This document shows positions 48,288 through 60,836 of a DNA stretch of 64,000 nucleotides, in pieces. The position numbers and the translations under genes were made by a program. A model generated the notes under the pieces. It searched no databases. It saw only the letters and a program-made list of their open reading frames with translations, and had not been told where the DNA came from. Source of the DNA: Hyaloraphidium curvatum SAG 235-1 (Eukaryota > Fungi > Monoblepharomycota); the NCBI GenBank assembly GCA_025558095.1, contig JAIVFI010000017.1, forward strand, positions 310,001 through 374,000, written 5' to 3'. How positions within the stretch are numbered: the first letter of the stretch is position 1; each line of letters begins with the position of its first letter.

Positions 48288-50165
48288 ATGAGCGACAGTG
48301 GAAGCAGAGCCCAGACTGGTACGTGCTGCCGGCGGGGCAACTGCTCCGACGGGCATCTCTCTGGAATTCCGGCCGACCTGACGCCGTCTCCCTCTCCAGC
48401 CGGTCTGATCATATTCTTCCTCGTCTTGATCGTGGTCCTGCTGGTGCTTACAGTCATGCGATGGGGAAAGATCGACCACAAGCGGCGCCGCACGCCGTCG
48501 AGCTCAATGTGGTTCCTCACCGGCAAGAAGGTCGCGCGCCATTCGCTGCTTCGCGCCTGGATCCTGGCCCTCCGGGAAAAGCAGTCCAACGTGGACGCCG
48601 ACCATGCCGACGATCGCTTCAAGTTCGTCATGGATGACGAGCTTTCCGCGGCCGGCCTGCCCCAGGCGGGCGCAACTGCCGATTCTCCCTCCGCGACGCC
48701 CGAGGTCCACGACGCGGTCACGCCTGGAGCTGCCACGAGGGCCAACTCCAGGCCTCCGAGGCTTTCGACCACCATATCTCGCTACTACAATGAAATCTCC
48801 GGCTGGGGAGGCGTCAGCGTGCACGATGGCCTTTCGCTCACTTTCCGCATGCCGACCGAGCGTTCCATTGCGTCGAACCTGCCGCTCGGATATCTTCGGG
48901 CTTCCAACTTGGAGCACACAGGGGGAGCTTCGTCGGACGTTGCGTCGACGGGGACACTGGTGCAGAGCGGGGACGGTGCGCTGGCGAGCAGCGGCACAGG
49001 ACGCGTTCCGTGCTACTTTGAAGTGCTCCTGAGCATCACCTGCCATCGCGAGTTCGTGGTGGCCTTCAATCCTTACCACCCTAACAGCGTGGTTCCGGCG
49101 ACGCCGATGCCGATCCCTGCCGTGAATGTGCACGTGCCGTCAAACGCGGTTGCACCCAACCCACCCCCGCAGACATCTTCGACGTTCAGCATACCCGTCT
49201 CCCTGCCGCCTTCGTACAGGTCGCGCAGCGCGACGCCCGCGTCGTCCCCTCATCCGACGCCTCCCCATTCGCCGCCCCTGTCGAGAGCCAACAGCCAACT
49301 CTTTCCAAGCTCTCGCCACCTCGCGGTGCCAGTGCCGGTGCCAGCGCGGCAGGCCCCGCCTGCGCAAACGGTTCCGCAACCCCAGGCAGCTACATTGTCG
49401 GGCAGCAACCTAACAAGCGGGTCTTCCCCGCATCCTGGGCCGCATCCGCCTCAAACCGATGCACCCAGCACGGGCTCGAATCCCATTGTGGCTGCGGCAA
49501 CGGCGCCCGGACCACCTCTTCGGCCGCATGTGCCCCCAGGGTCGTACCTCGTTTCCCCGCCCCAGCTGCCCCAGGACCAGCATCCGCTCCTGTCGATCGG
49601 GCTCGTGAGCAGGCCGTACCCATCTTTCCTGCTCCCCGGCCGCTATCCGACTTCGATCGCTTACGTGCTGGACGTGGAAGCGAACAACGAAAACCTGAAC
49701 CGGGCCTCCATTGTCTTGTGCTGCTACAACGAATCCGCGAACAAGGTCATCAACAGGCGGTGGGAGCTTGGCAAGGAATGGACCGCGCGAGAGGGCGACA
49801 CGGTCGGCGTCGGGATCCTCGAGGACGGCGAGCAAAACCCGTGTGGCGTCTACTTCACTGTCAACGGGCGCCGCATCGAGATGAATTCGTCTGTCGAGCT
49901 GAAGCGAGGGGCATGGGAGAAGCTTTGGCGCAGCCGGGGCGCGGACTCGCTGGTTGCGCTTGAAGCAGACGTCAAGCACGGCCCTCGGAAGCTGTTGATC
50001 AAGATCCCGGAGGCCGCAGGCGGCCTGAAGGGCTTATTTCCGGCGATCGGGTCGCGCGGAGCTTGCCAGCTTCTTGCCAACGTGCACGGTCAGCACCTGT
50101 ACAAGGGCACTGACGAGGGGGGATCCGACTGCCCACCAACATACGAGGAGGTTCTCGGGGCCTGA
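48288..50165 (+). CDS. Single-pass membrane SPRY-domain protein, Ssh4/Ear1-like (probable Rsp5 adaptor)
   Basis: N-terminal TM; SNLPL, CYFEV, SIGLVSRPYPSFLLPG, EGDTVGVG, VYFTVNG, LFPAIG; PPSY and PPTY motifs. Confidence 0.85.
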   Translation: MSDSGSRAQTGTCCRRGNCSDGHLSGIPADLTPSPSPAGLIIFFLVLIVVLLVLTVMRWGKIDHKRRRTPSSSMWFLTGKKVARHSLLRAWILALREKQSNVDADHADDRFKFVMDDELSAAGLPQAGATADSPSATPEVHDAVTPGAATRANSRPPRLSTTISRYYNEISGWGGVSVHDGLSLTFRMPTERSIASNLPLGYLRASNLEHTGGASSDVASTGTLVQSGDGALASSGTGRVPCYFEVLLSITCHREFVVAFNPYHPNSVVPATPMPIPAVNVHVPSNAVAPNPPPQTSSTFSIPVSLPPSYRSRSATPASSPHPTPPHSPPLSRANSQLFPSSRHLAVPVPVPARQAPPAQTVPQPQAATLSGSNLTSGSSPHPGPHPPQTDAPSTGSNPIVAAATAPGPPLRPHVPPGSYLVSPPQLPQDQHPLLSIGLVSRPYPSFLLPGRYPTSIAYVLDVEANNENLNRASIVLCCYNESANKVINRRWELGKEWTAREGDTVGVGILEDGEQNPCGVYFTVNGRRIEMNSSVELKRGAWEKLWRSRGADSLVALEADVKHGPRKLLIKIPEAAGGLKGLFPAIGSRGACQLLANVHGQHLYKGTDEGGSDCPPTYEEVLGA

Positions 50166-50457
50166 ACTCATTCCGCTGCTACGCTTTGTCTGGCTTTGTT
50201 CGATTCTAGTGGCGAGCATCAAGGCGCCATCAACGGCGCGTCATCATCTGGGGCCTTCTTGGACGCAGAAACTGCAGATTGTATTGTACCATGCTGGTTC
50301 TTCTCATTGCATCCTTCAAATCCTGGCCGGTGCGTCAGACGTCGTCAGGGGCCGTCAGGGAGTCAGGGACCGTTGGCTGTGCGGTTCGTTCTCGGAACAA
50401 CTGCGAGCGAGGCCGCCGCCCGCGGCCTGCCACGGCGTGCGAACGCGCCGCGGCGCC

Positions 50458-53399
50458 ATGGCGGAGGCGCCTGCAGAGCCGCCGCCTGCGCCAATGGACC
50501 TGGACGTGGCCGCTGTGCCCGAGGGGGCGCGCGTCATCGCCCCGGGGGCGGCGCCCGCGAAGACGCTCACGAACCGGGTCGGCGTCGCCGCCCTGGAGAG
50601 GACGCGCACGCACTCATCGGCGTCGTCGCGCTTCGCTGGCTCGCCGCGGGGGCTCTCCCCGCGCGTCGCAACGGCCGCCGCCACCGTTCCGCCGTTCGCC
50701 TTGGAACCGACGCCGGCGCTGGCCGCAGCGCCTCCGGACGCGACGCAGCCGCTCTCTGAGGGCGACGGTGCCACGGGACCGCGAAAGCCGCGGTCCCGAA
50801 CACGTGTTTCGGGCCATCCGAACCCAATAGCCACGGAAGCATCTCCCCTGCTTCAACGCGCAGTCAGCGAGCGAGACCCGACCAAGATCGGAACGCTTGG
50901 GCACCGAAGCAACACCACGGCGCCCAACCGATTTATTCCTGTGAATCAGGCGCTTGCGACGACGGACAGCCAGGGCCAGATTCTGACTGCGAATGACACC
51001 CTGTGCCGTGTGCTTGGTCTGAGCCAGTCTGAGGTTACCGGAGCCGACGTCTTTTCGTTCCTGGGCTCGCCGTACCGCGAGAAGCAGCGCCGCTTCCTGG
51101 CGGAGCGGGGCGCACCATCGGGCAACGAGGAGTCCATGCTCGTCTCTGGCGCCGTGGTTAGCTTGGTCAAGAAAGACGGCAAGAACACGAGCGCATCGCT
51201 GTGGCTCAAGGACAAGCGGACACTGAGCGGTACTCGCGTTCTGATGTGGGTGCTGGAGCCCATTATGGAGAACAATGTGACCTTGGCGATTACCCGCGAC
51301 GTAGGTTTCGTCGAGAACGTGTCTTTCCAATGAACTAATGATTCGCTCGACGCAGGGCCGCATTATGGACGCTTCCGGCGCTTGCGAGGAGATGTTTGGA
51401 TTCTCGGAGGACGAGCTCATGGTCCGGCGCCTGTGGGACCTGTTGCCAGCGCTGAAGCCTTGGCAGGGCCGACCTTCGGGCTCTCCCGCAAACTCGAGCC
51501 CCACTTCGTCCAGTCCGGCATCCGGAGGACCCTTTGATCTAGAGCAGATTGATCGCTACAGGTTCTTCGGCGCAGTAACCCGGCAGGGAATCACGCTCCC
51601 AGTCATCGCAAAGATATCCGACAGCTCGCCGAACAACGGCGATCTCGAGTTTTTCGACGAGGAAAACCACAACGAGCGTCCGTCGTTCGCGCTTCCTCCG
51701 GTTGCGTCAGCAGGGCGGTCACCGAATCCGCAGCAGACCTACCCGGTGACTATCATCAGCATGCCCAACATCGCTGGAGTCGTCACCGTGGGGCCCGACG
51801 GGCTCATACAGTCTTGCAATGCTCTGTTTGCCAAGTATCTCTTCGGGATGGCTTCGAAGGACCTGGTGAACAAGGTCAACATTACTGCGCTCATTCCTCA
51901 GTTTTGGACGTTGGTCAATCAGATCGGAAGCGACAACCTTCGAGGCCACACTGTGGCGGCTTCATTCAGCCAGCTCAGCAGCTCCCCGACGCGAGAGTTT
52001 TCCCCGGGCTCCATCTCGCAGAGTCGATCCGGGTCTCTGGAGGCCGGAAAGGAACTCTCGGGCCCCGCGGACGCTTTTGTCCGCATATCGGGGGTGATCG
52101 CGTACCATCGCGACGGGACGCCGTTCAACATCGACCTGCAGATCCGGGTTATCCACCAGGACGACGAGGTCGCCTACGTCCTTTCGATTTCGTACGATCG
52201 ATATGCGGACAAGAAGGCTGCGATTCTCGCCCAGCACGTGAAGGCTGCCCCGGGAACTCCTGCAGGATCCCCGACGCATGCTCGTGGTCTCTCGACCGAT
52301 GCAAACGGTCTGCTGTCTGCACCGGCGGCTACAGGTAGCGCTTCATCCTCCGCGGCCCCAGCCGCGGACCAGGTCGCACAGGACGCACTGGCGTCGACCG
52401 CAGTGCGTCTCCGCCGAATGAGCGTCTCGATCGACCACAGTGCGAAGAGCATCAACGACTTCAAGGTCCTGGACACTTTGGGCGAGGGTGCGTACGGATT
52501 TGTCTCCCTTTGCGAGCGGGTCAAGGAGGATCCGGACGGCGAGCGCGTGAGTCAACGTGCGAGCAATCGCTTCGTGCATATCGTGCTCATCCTTTCCCCA
52601 GGAAAAGGTCGTCATCAAGTACGTCATCAAGGCTCGGATCCTGGTGGACACTTGGATCCGCGACCGGGACCTGGGCGTCGTTCCGATGGAGATTCACGTC
52701 TTGAACTATCTGCGCAAGAACCCGCACCCCTGCATCGTGCGCATCCTCGACTACTGGGAGGACTCGGTATACTTCTACATCGAAATGCCGATGCTCGGCT
52801 GGGGCATGGACCTCTTCGACTACATTGAAATTACCGAGTCGATGACCGAGGCGGACATCAAGTACATCTTTCACCAGATCGCTCTTGCCGTGCAGCACCT
52901 CCACCGGCACGGCATCGTGCACAGGGACATCAAGGACGAGAACGTCATCCTCGACGAGAATCTGGCCATCCAGCTCATCGACTTTGGGTCCAGCGCCTAC
53001 TACAAGCAGGGGAAGCTCTTTGACACATTCTGTGGCACGCTGGACTACGCCTCGCCCGAGGTTCTCACCGGGCACAAGTACTCCGGCCCCCCGCAGGACA
53101 TCTGGGCGCTTGGCATACTGCTCTACACCATGATCTACCGCGAGAATCCCTTCTACAACATCGACGAAATCATCGGACACCCGCTGCGGGTGCCCTTCGT
53201 CATGTCTCCTGGTGGGTCAGGTCGATCTCCCCTGAGAACCCGCGCTGACAATGCCGGACCAGAATCCTTGGATCTGATCCGCAGCATGCTGCAGCGGGAT
53301 GTGCACGCCCGACCAACCATCGACGAAGTCTTGTCCCACGTCTGGTTCCGCAAAAATCCTGACGCATCACATACCCCGATGGCGGATGTTCCGCCTTGA
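50458..53399 (+). CDS. PAS-domain Ser/Thr kinase (PASK/Psk1-like)
   Basis: PAS repeats (ILTANDTLC, IQSCNALFAKYLFG); kinase LGEGAYG, HRDIKDEN, DFGS, FDTFCGTLDYASPE. Confidence 0.92.
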
Positions 53400-53805
53400 C
53401 ACTCGTTTGAAAAAGAGAGCCGATGCTGGGCTCAGCTTGAGATGATTTGATGTAGCTCTCTGACTAGTGGGCATTTGATTGACGGCTGACCTGAAATCCG
53501 TCCCGGGCGCATGACAGCGCCAGCAAATCCGACGGCAAAGACTGGGATGTCGATGGTCTCATGGCCCGCCAGACCGGCCGTCTGCGCGCCGTTGTTCAGC
53601 GGGGGCGCGTACTGGGTTGCCAACAGCTTATGAACAGGTTCAAGGAAGCCTGTACCCGGCAGCTCGGCGGACATCTAACCCCTCCCCTCTTCCCCGAATT
53701 CAATGTATATGGCGTGACGTGCTGTTTCGGGGTTGGGGGGGCGCTCAGCGCCTGTGACAGCGCCAGCCGCGCGCGAAGTGATCCGCCCCGCCACGGCACC
53801 AAAAC

Positions 53806-55186
53806 ATGAATAGCCAACCGTTTTCCCCGGCGACCTTGGGGAAACCGCAGCAAAAACAGAGCCGCCTTCGATCCTTGGTGAGATTGCTTGCCGACGCGGG
53901 CTCGGCCAGGGATGAGACCAGGGTACCCATGTCCCGCAGTTCCCACGACGGCTCACGCTCTCCACGGTGTTCACGTTCCTCCTTGGAGGCCTGGCGGCAT
54001 GGATCTTCTTTACGCCGGGCGATTTTCGGGATAGGCAGCTTGGACTGGGCTCTGGGCCACCGCCTGGGGTGCCGGAACCCGCCGGCGGGCCGGCACCCCC
54101 GGCGGTGAACACCGGGACGAAGAAGCACCAATCGGCCGAGGAGGAGATCGAAACGGTCGTTTTCCATCGCGCACGATCACATGGAGCGCCGACGCCGTTT
54201 GAGATTTACATTCACGACCCCGACCAAGACGAGTTCACGTCCGGGGAGATTGCCGAGCGGGGAACGTGGCATCGTGACATGTGCGACCTGCTGACGGAGG
54301 CGATTGATGACGCGAGGAAGACCAAAAAGCGCGGGGAGACCATCAACATCCTGGACGTGGGGGCCAACGTCGGATAGTGGGTGTCGCCGAGCTAGCGGTC
54401 ACGGGGGCGTATGGCTCACACGGGGCGGCGCAGCATCACCATGTGGGTCGCTGGAAAGGGCGAGGACGTGCGAGTCACGTCCGTAGAGGTGATTTTGGTG
54501 CCGATCAGGGACCGTGACGAGGGGCCTCACGATGTTCCGCAACTGCAGCCGCATCCGTTCCACAACTCGCTTCTGGAGAAGACCCTGAACCTCCCCGTCA
54601 ACGCCAATCTGTCGCGGAGGATCATGCTCCATAAAGTTGCCCTGTCGACCGACTCGGAGGCCGGGACAACGCTCTGCATGAAGGTGCATCCCTCGAACGC
54701 CGCCATGACATTTGTGGACAAGGCGATGGACACGACGGAGAACAGCAACCTCCCTTGTACCCACGTACCCGTCACGACCATCGACAGGATATTGGACGGA
54801 GGCAGAAAGAGGATCGACATTATGAAGATCGACGTCGAGGGATACGAGTACAACGTCTTTGCCGGCGGCAAGAACTCGCTTTTGAAGTACCCCCCCAAGC
54901 TCATCGTCATGGAGTACAACGTGAGATAAACACACGAGGTGGCTCTTTTCGAGGCTGACCACAATCCCCGCAGTACTTCATTCTGAAAACGCTCTACAAC
55001 AAGCCTCCGGTGGAATGGCTGGTGAACATGTACAAAGCCGGATACCGGACAGTGATCGACATGGCCAACAACAAAAAGATGACGAGCGAAGCGGATTTGC
55101 GGAAGTACTTTGAGGAGGCCAACTTTTTGAAGGCGATACCCAGCAGTCACACGGACCTGATTCTGAAGTTCTCGGACGCAAATTGA
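53806..55186 (+). CDS. Type II membrane-anchored FkbM-family (Methyltransf_21) SAM methyltransferase
   Basis: TM VFTFLLGGLAAWIFF; ILDVGANVG|Y; VTSVE|P; IDIMKIDVEGYE. Confidence 0.88.
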
Positions 55187-55213
55187 TTGTAATTGATCGT
55201 TCGTAATGTATGC

Positions 55214-56572
55214 CTACGTTTCTGCGGCAGGTTGAGGCTCCGGCATGCGTGCGCTGCGGCGAATGTTCGCCTTGAGCTGCGCGTCGTCCGAGTTGGTGTA
55301 GTACTAATCCGCAAACATCAAGCACATGTCGGAAGCAGGCACGGAGACCACGTACCGACGCGATCATATCAACGATGTTGTTGTCCGGAAACTCGACCTT
55401 TGCCCGCGGACCCCAAACGTACGAGATCTCGTCACCCTCCTGGGTGGACGTCTTGCGCTTGTCGAGGTACCCTTGCTTGACGAACTTGTCGATGAGCTTC
55501 GTCTGCTCGTCGGTGATTCCCGCCTCGAGATCGTCCGCATCACCCATTTTGGCCAGATAGCTGTTGAGGGAATGGTGTGACAGGGAGCCCTTCGACGGAC
55601 CGCCCTTCACGTAAATGAGACAAAGAAGAACCGAGAGGAAGCCCATGTCGGCTTCTTCCCCGTTCCAATTGATGACGTCGGTGCTCCACGCCGGTGGAAG
55701 AACCGATACCAGGGCGAACGACTTGGAGGCGGCCTGCTTGTCGGCGGCAGCATCTGCAAGGCACATGTCTCGTTGAGAATGGATATAATCGAGAGCAACT
55801 GCATGCCATGCCTTTCTTCTGTCCAGGGGCCGGAGGCTTCCTCTCCCTTATGGGCAGCACGGCCAGGTCCATGCCGAAGATCGTCTTCAGCTGTTCGCGC
55901 GCTCTATCGATGATGTAGTCCATCGCTTTGGCATGATCCTTGAGCACTGCAAACACGAGATCCGTGAGGTTGCGAGAGGAGATCCGGAGCACGGTACCAA
56001 CCTTTCGCTTTGATGTCCTCCTTTCGGATCGGAAGCACCTTGTTCTGCATGAACAAGGCGAGCCTCACAACGCCAGACACCATCTTCTTGATCTCCTGCG
56101 GGACCGAACGAGTCACACCACCGCGACACTTGCTCCCGGGGATTCAGAACAGACTTCCTCCGACAGCTTTTCCTTGGCGTACTTCTCCGCCCTGGAAACC
56201 TGCTGCTGGTTTGCAGGCTCTTCCTAGCATTGGCAATGGGCGTCAAGAGCCGGCAGCGGGCTCGCGGCCGGTGTATGGCGGACCTCGCGCTCCTCCGCCT
56301 GCTCGCCACCTTCCTCCCTCTCGTCCGGTCGTTCTCTGCGCTTCTTGCCCCTCGCAGGCGGGTCGTCCACCTCCATCGCATCGTCATCATCCCCAGAGTC
56401 CTGCTGCCGCGCCTTTCCCTTGCCCTTCTTCTGAGTCTTGGGCCGCTCCTCGGGCTCCGAAATCTCCTCCTCGTCCTGGCGTTCGCGCCAGCATCAGAAA
56501 CGGGGCAAATTGGGAGAGGATATAACCGACTTCCTCGAAGGCACGTCGCCGCCTGCCGGAAGGGGGTGCCAT
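55214..56572 (-). CDS. NSE3: SMC5/6 subunit Nse3 (MAGE family)
   Basis: VRLALF...PIRKEDI, AREQLKTIFGMDL, MGFLSVLLCLIY, FVKQGYL, YVWGPRAKVE. Confidence 0.9.
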
Positions 56573-56675
56573 ACTGCACGAGTTGAGGAGTAGAATGGGA
56601 CGGCCGTCCACGGTCGGTAATCGATCGCGACTCGGGAGAGCGCATTCTGGTATCAACGTATCGAATACAAGCCCA

Positions 56676-58467
56676 TCACTGGGCCATTCCCGGCGTCCAG
56701 TTGAGGTAATCCGGCCCCTCCATGGCCTCGTACTCGGCGATCAGCTCCCCGACCACCGCCCTGCTCTCGTCCATCTCCCCGAGCACCTCCTTCTCCCCGA
56801 GCGAGCTCGCCTGCTTGTACTGGGCGAGGTAGACGTTCCGCTTGCGCATCTTGTCGTACTGTTCGCACATGCGCTTGAAGAGCTGCGGGGAGCGTAAGTA
56901 CGCTGCCTGAGATCGGGGGAAGAGGCGCCCACCGCTGCCACGGAGGTGTGGTTGGCAAGCATGAGCCCGGAAACGCGGTGGGAGCTGGTGGTGTAGGGTG
57001 ATCGCTTGGAGAGGGCGACCTGGATGCTGGCAGGGCCCCAGGGGATAAAGTTTGCGAGCTTCCGCTCGCGAATGCGGAGGAGGGATTTGTGGACCTGCAC
57101 CATTGGTAAGCATCCAGCATTCACCACTGCGGACGCCACGTACCTCTGCCGGATCGACCTCGCCCTGGATGATGTCCAGGATCGAGATGTAGCAGCTCTT
57201 TTTCGGCAGAGCCATGGCGACCATCCGGTTCTTGGGCTGCAGCAACCGGCGCATGACGTCGAGCACCGACGTCTTCTGGACCATCTTGGCCTGTTCCAAC
57301 AAGAAGTCAGCTCGGTTCTCTGTCCGCATTTCCGGCCAGCCAACCTTTTCGACCTGGTCGTTCGAGAACGGAGTGTAGGCGGTGGTGAGGAAATGGCAGC
57401 GCGGGGTAGGGATGAGGGAGGCGACGAGGCTGACGAGATCATTGTTCATGTAGCCGGGGTATCGCAGGGTGGAGGTGGCGGCGCTCATGACGGTGGCCAC
57501 CTGAATAGAAGTCAGCGCCGAAACAGCCAAAGCACCATGCTGCGGGCCCCACGAGCTGGTTGGTCTGAGCGAACGTGGGATTTTGGATGTGCAGCCTATC
57601 CGCCAGGATCTGGTTCAGCGCGGTGTTGTCCAGCACAACCTGGGTGGAGTCCGGGCGTCAAGCGAAGAGAGCGAGCGGCAGCAGTGTTACGCACGACGCT
57701 GTCGGCATTGACTGTTAGCCGCTTCATGGTAAGGATGGAGTTGTACGGCTGCACGACGACGTCGCTCGAATCCTGCGCGTTGTTGGGGAAGACCGAGTAG
57801 GTCTGGACCAGCTTCTTGGGGTAGTGGTCCGCGAGGTTCTCCAGGAGGAAGGAACCGAGGCCCGAGCCGGTGCCGCCAGCAATCGAGTGGAGCAGGTTGA
57901 AGCCCTGCGAAGCGAAAGCACGGTGCCGAGTGAAGCTGCGGGCCCCTGCGTGCCGGAACGGCTCACCTCGAGGCTGTCGCTGTTGTCCGCCTCGCGGTCA
58001 ATCATGTCCAGGATCTCGTCGCGGATCGCCTTGCCCGACTCGTAGCCCATCATCCAGTTGTTGCCCGCGCCGCCCCCGTCCTTCGAAATGAATATGTTCT
58101 CCTGGTTGTAGAGCTTCGCGTAGTCCGACTGGAGGATGTTGTTTATCACGCGGGGCTCCAGGTCCACCATGATCGTCCGGGGGATGTAATGCTCGTCGTC
58201 AGCCTGCCAGACACGCCGCGTCAGGGCCGAATCCCGGCGGGAGCGGGGCGGCACGCGCCTGGTAGAAGAACACGTCCTTTCTGTCCCCGCCGGCGGTCGC
58301 GTAGTCCTCCAGCTTGCCGTCCTTCCCAATGCCGTGCTCCGCACACAGCTGCGCCCAGAACTCCATGCCAACTGCGACCGAAGGGGTCAGGCGCGGCGGG
58401 CGCGGGGGGCGGGCCACGCGCCTTGGTTGCCGCATTGGCCGACGGTGAGCGTGAGGAGCTCCCTCAT
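56676..58467 (-). CDS. TUB4: Gamma-tubulin
   Basis: [78 protein letters not shown]. Confidence 0.98.
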
Positions 58468-58719
58468 TCCGGCGGCGTGCGGGCGGCGGGGTGTGGCCGG
58501 CCTCGCGGACGGACGCCGCTCGCGGGAGCGCTGAGGGGCGGGGCCGCGACCGAGATCGGGAGATTCGGGGTCAATGGGACGCGGGGACCTTCAAGCACAG
58601 GGCGGTATCGAAAATGCTGCTCGGGGCTTGGTTCCAAGTTCCAATTCAGCTCGCTTGAATCGCGTCCCTAACCGCGTCGAGTCACACTCCTCAGCCCCAT
58701 CCTTTCCTCGCGCCACACG

Positions 58720-60637
58720 ATGCGGGGCCGCCTTCTGGGACTTCTCCGCGGCGGCGCGCCGGCAAATGCATTGCTCCGCGCGTCGCCCGCGCTGCCCCGG
58801 CCCGCGCCGCAGCGCCGCGGCCTGCTGACCCGCAAAGGTGCCCACCACGCGCGATGACACGCCGACGCCGCTGACACTCCACAGGCCCGCCCAAGGAGGT
58901 GACTGCGGAGGAGGCTGTCCAGGCGATCAGCGACTTCCAGCGTGTCTACGTCCACGGGTGACTACGATTCGCACCCAGGGCCCGTAGGCCTCCTATGACA
59001 CCCGGCCCACGCCTACAGCGTCGCCGCTGCCCCGCAAGTGCTGCTGGAGGCGCTCGCCAAGCGCAAGGAGCTGCGTGGCGTGGAGCTCATGCACCTGCAT
59101 CTCGAGCTGCCGAACCCCTGCGCCGCTCCTGAGCTCTCCGACTCGTTCTTTGTCAACAACCTCTTTGTCGGGTCCAACATGAGGGCGGCAGTTGCCGAGG
59201 GCAGGTCGAGCTACATACCTCTATTCCTCTCGGAGGTGCCGGTGTCGATGCGGCAGGGATACCTGAGGTTCGCACCTAGCCTGGCGAGGCGGTGCCCAGC
59301 GTCCCGGACTAACATACCCCCGCAATCGCCGCCAGGCCGGACGTTGCGCTGCTCACGCTGAGCCCGCCCGACAAACACGGCTACTGCTCGCTGGGGACGG
59401 AGGTCACGGCGTCGTTTGCCGCCGCCGAGACGGCCAAGACCATCATCGCCGTGATCAACAAGCACATGCCCCGCACCCACGGCCAGACCTTTATCGTGGG
59501 CTTTTCTCGCCGCCTGCGGTGATCCTGGACCTAACGGACTGGGCGCCCTTCCAATCAGCACTATGACGCGCTCGACTACGTCGTCAAGCACGACAACCCT
59601 CTCGCCGAAAAGAAGCCGGGCAAACCGAAGCCCGTCGAGGATCAGATCGGATCCATCATCGCGTCCCTCATCCCCGACGGTTGGATTTATCTCGGAGCTT
59701 GTGGTCACTGTCGCTGACTTGACTTTTGCTCAGGCGCGACCCTCCAGATGGGCATCGGCGGCATTCCCGATGCCGTGCTCAGGTCGCTGGTCCACCACAA
59801 GGACCTGGGCATCCACACAGGTGTGCAGCTTTGCTGGATTGCCTCCTTCTCCAGCTAAACGTTCCGCGCAATTCCAGAAATGTTCCAGGAGGGCCTCATG
59901 ACGCTGCTGGACAGCGGCGTGGTCACGAATCTGAACAAGCGCTTCCTCCCCGGAAAGATCGTCACCACTTTCGTGATGGGCAGCAAGAAGATCTGTGGGT
60001 GGTGTGATGTGTGGTGGAGCTAGCCAATCACTGACGCGGGCTTCAGACGACTTTATTGACGACAACCCGATCGTCCAGTGGGTTTAGCTGCGGTACCTGG
60101 AGGGAGCGAATCCTGACCGTAGCCACGTACAGCTTCTTGGATGCGTCTATCGCCAACCACCCCGCCGTCATCGCTCAGAATCCGAGGGTCACTGCCATCA
60201 ACGCCGCGGTCGAGATCGACCTCACCGGCCAGGTCTGCGCCGACTCGATCGGTGAGACCCTCATCTCTGGCGTCGGCGGGCAGGTGGATTTCGAGCGGGG
60301 CGCGGCGCTCTCCCCCGGGGGCGTCCCCATCATCTGCCTGCCCAGCACGACCTCCAAGGGCGAGTCCCGGATCGTGCCCATTCTCAAAGCCGGCGCGGGC
60401 GTGGTCACGACGAGGCCGCACATCCACTTCATCGTGACCGAGTACGGGTGGGTTCTTCGATAACGCGGCAGTCGGAGGACCACGTTCCAACGATCCATCG
60501 ACAGGTACGCGAACCTGTACGGCAAGAACCTGATGCAGAGGGCCAAGGCGCTGATTGGCATTGCCCACCCGGACCACCGGGAGGCGCTGACCAAGGCGGC
60601 TTTCGAGCGTTTCAAGATCAGGGCATGGAACGTCTGA
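58720..60637 (+). CDS. Mitochondrial acetate:succinate CoA-transferase / acetyl-CoA hydrolase (4-hydroxybutyrate CoA-transferase-like)
   Basis: Arg/Leu presequence; TLQMGIGGIPDAV, DLGIHTEMF, AINAAVEIDLTGQVCADSIG, SGVGGQVDF, VTEYG, IAHPDHRE. Confidence 0.92.
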
Positions 60638-60836
60638 CAGACTGACATAGAGCTGACACTGTATCGGCAACAGGATGACATGACTGACATTATCACTCAT
60701 TTACATCGGGCATACAACATGATCGCCTTACTGTACAGGTTCCAAAACTGCATGTTTCCAGCTGGTGCCAGGGCTCTTCGGCTCACAGGCTCGTGTAGCG
60801 AACGTAACCGTCTGTTGAAGGCGATGAGTTTGACAG

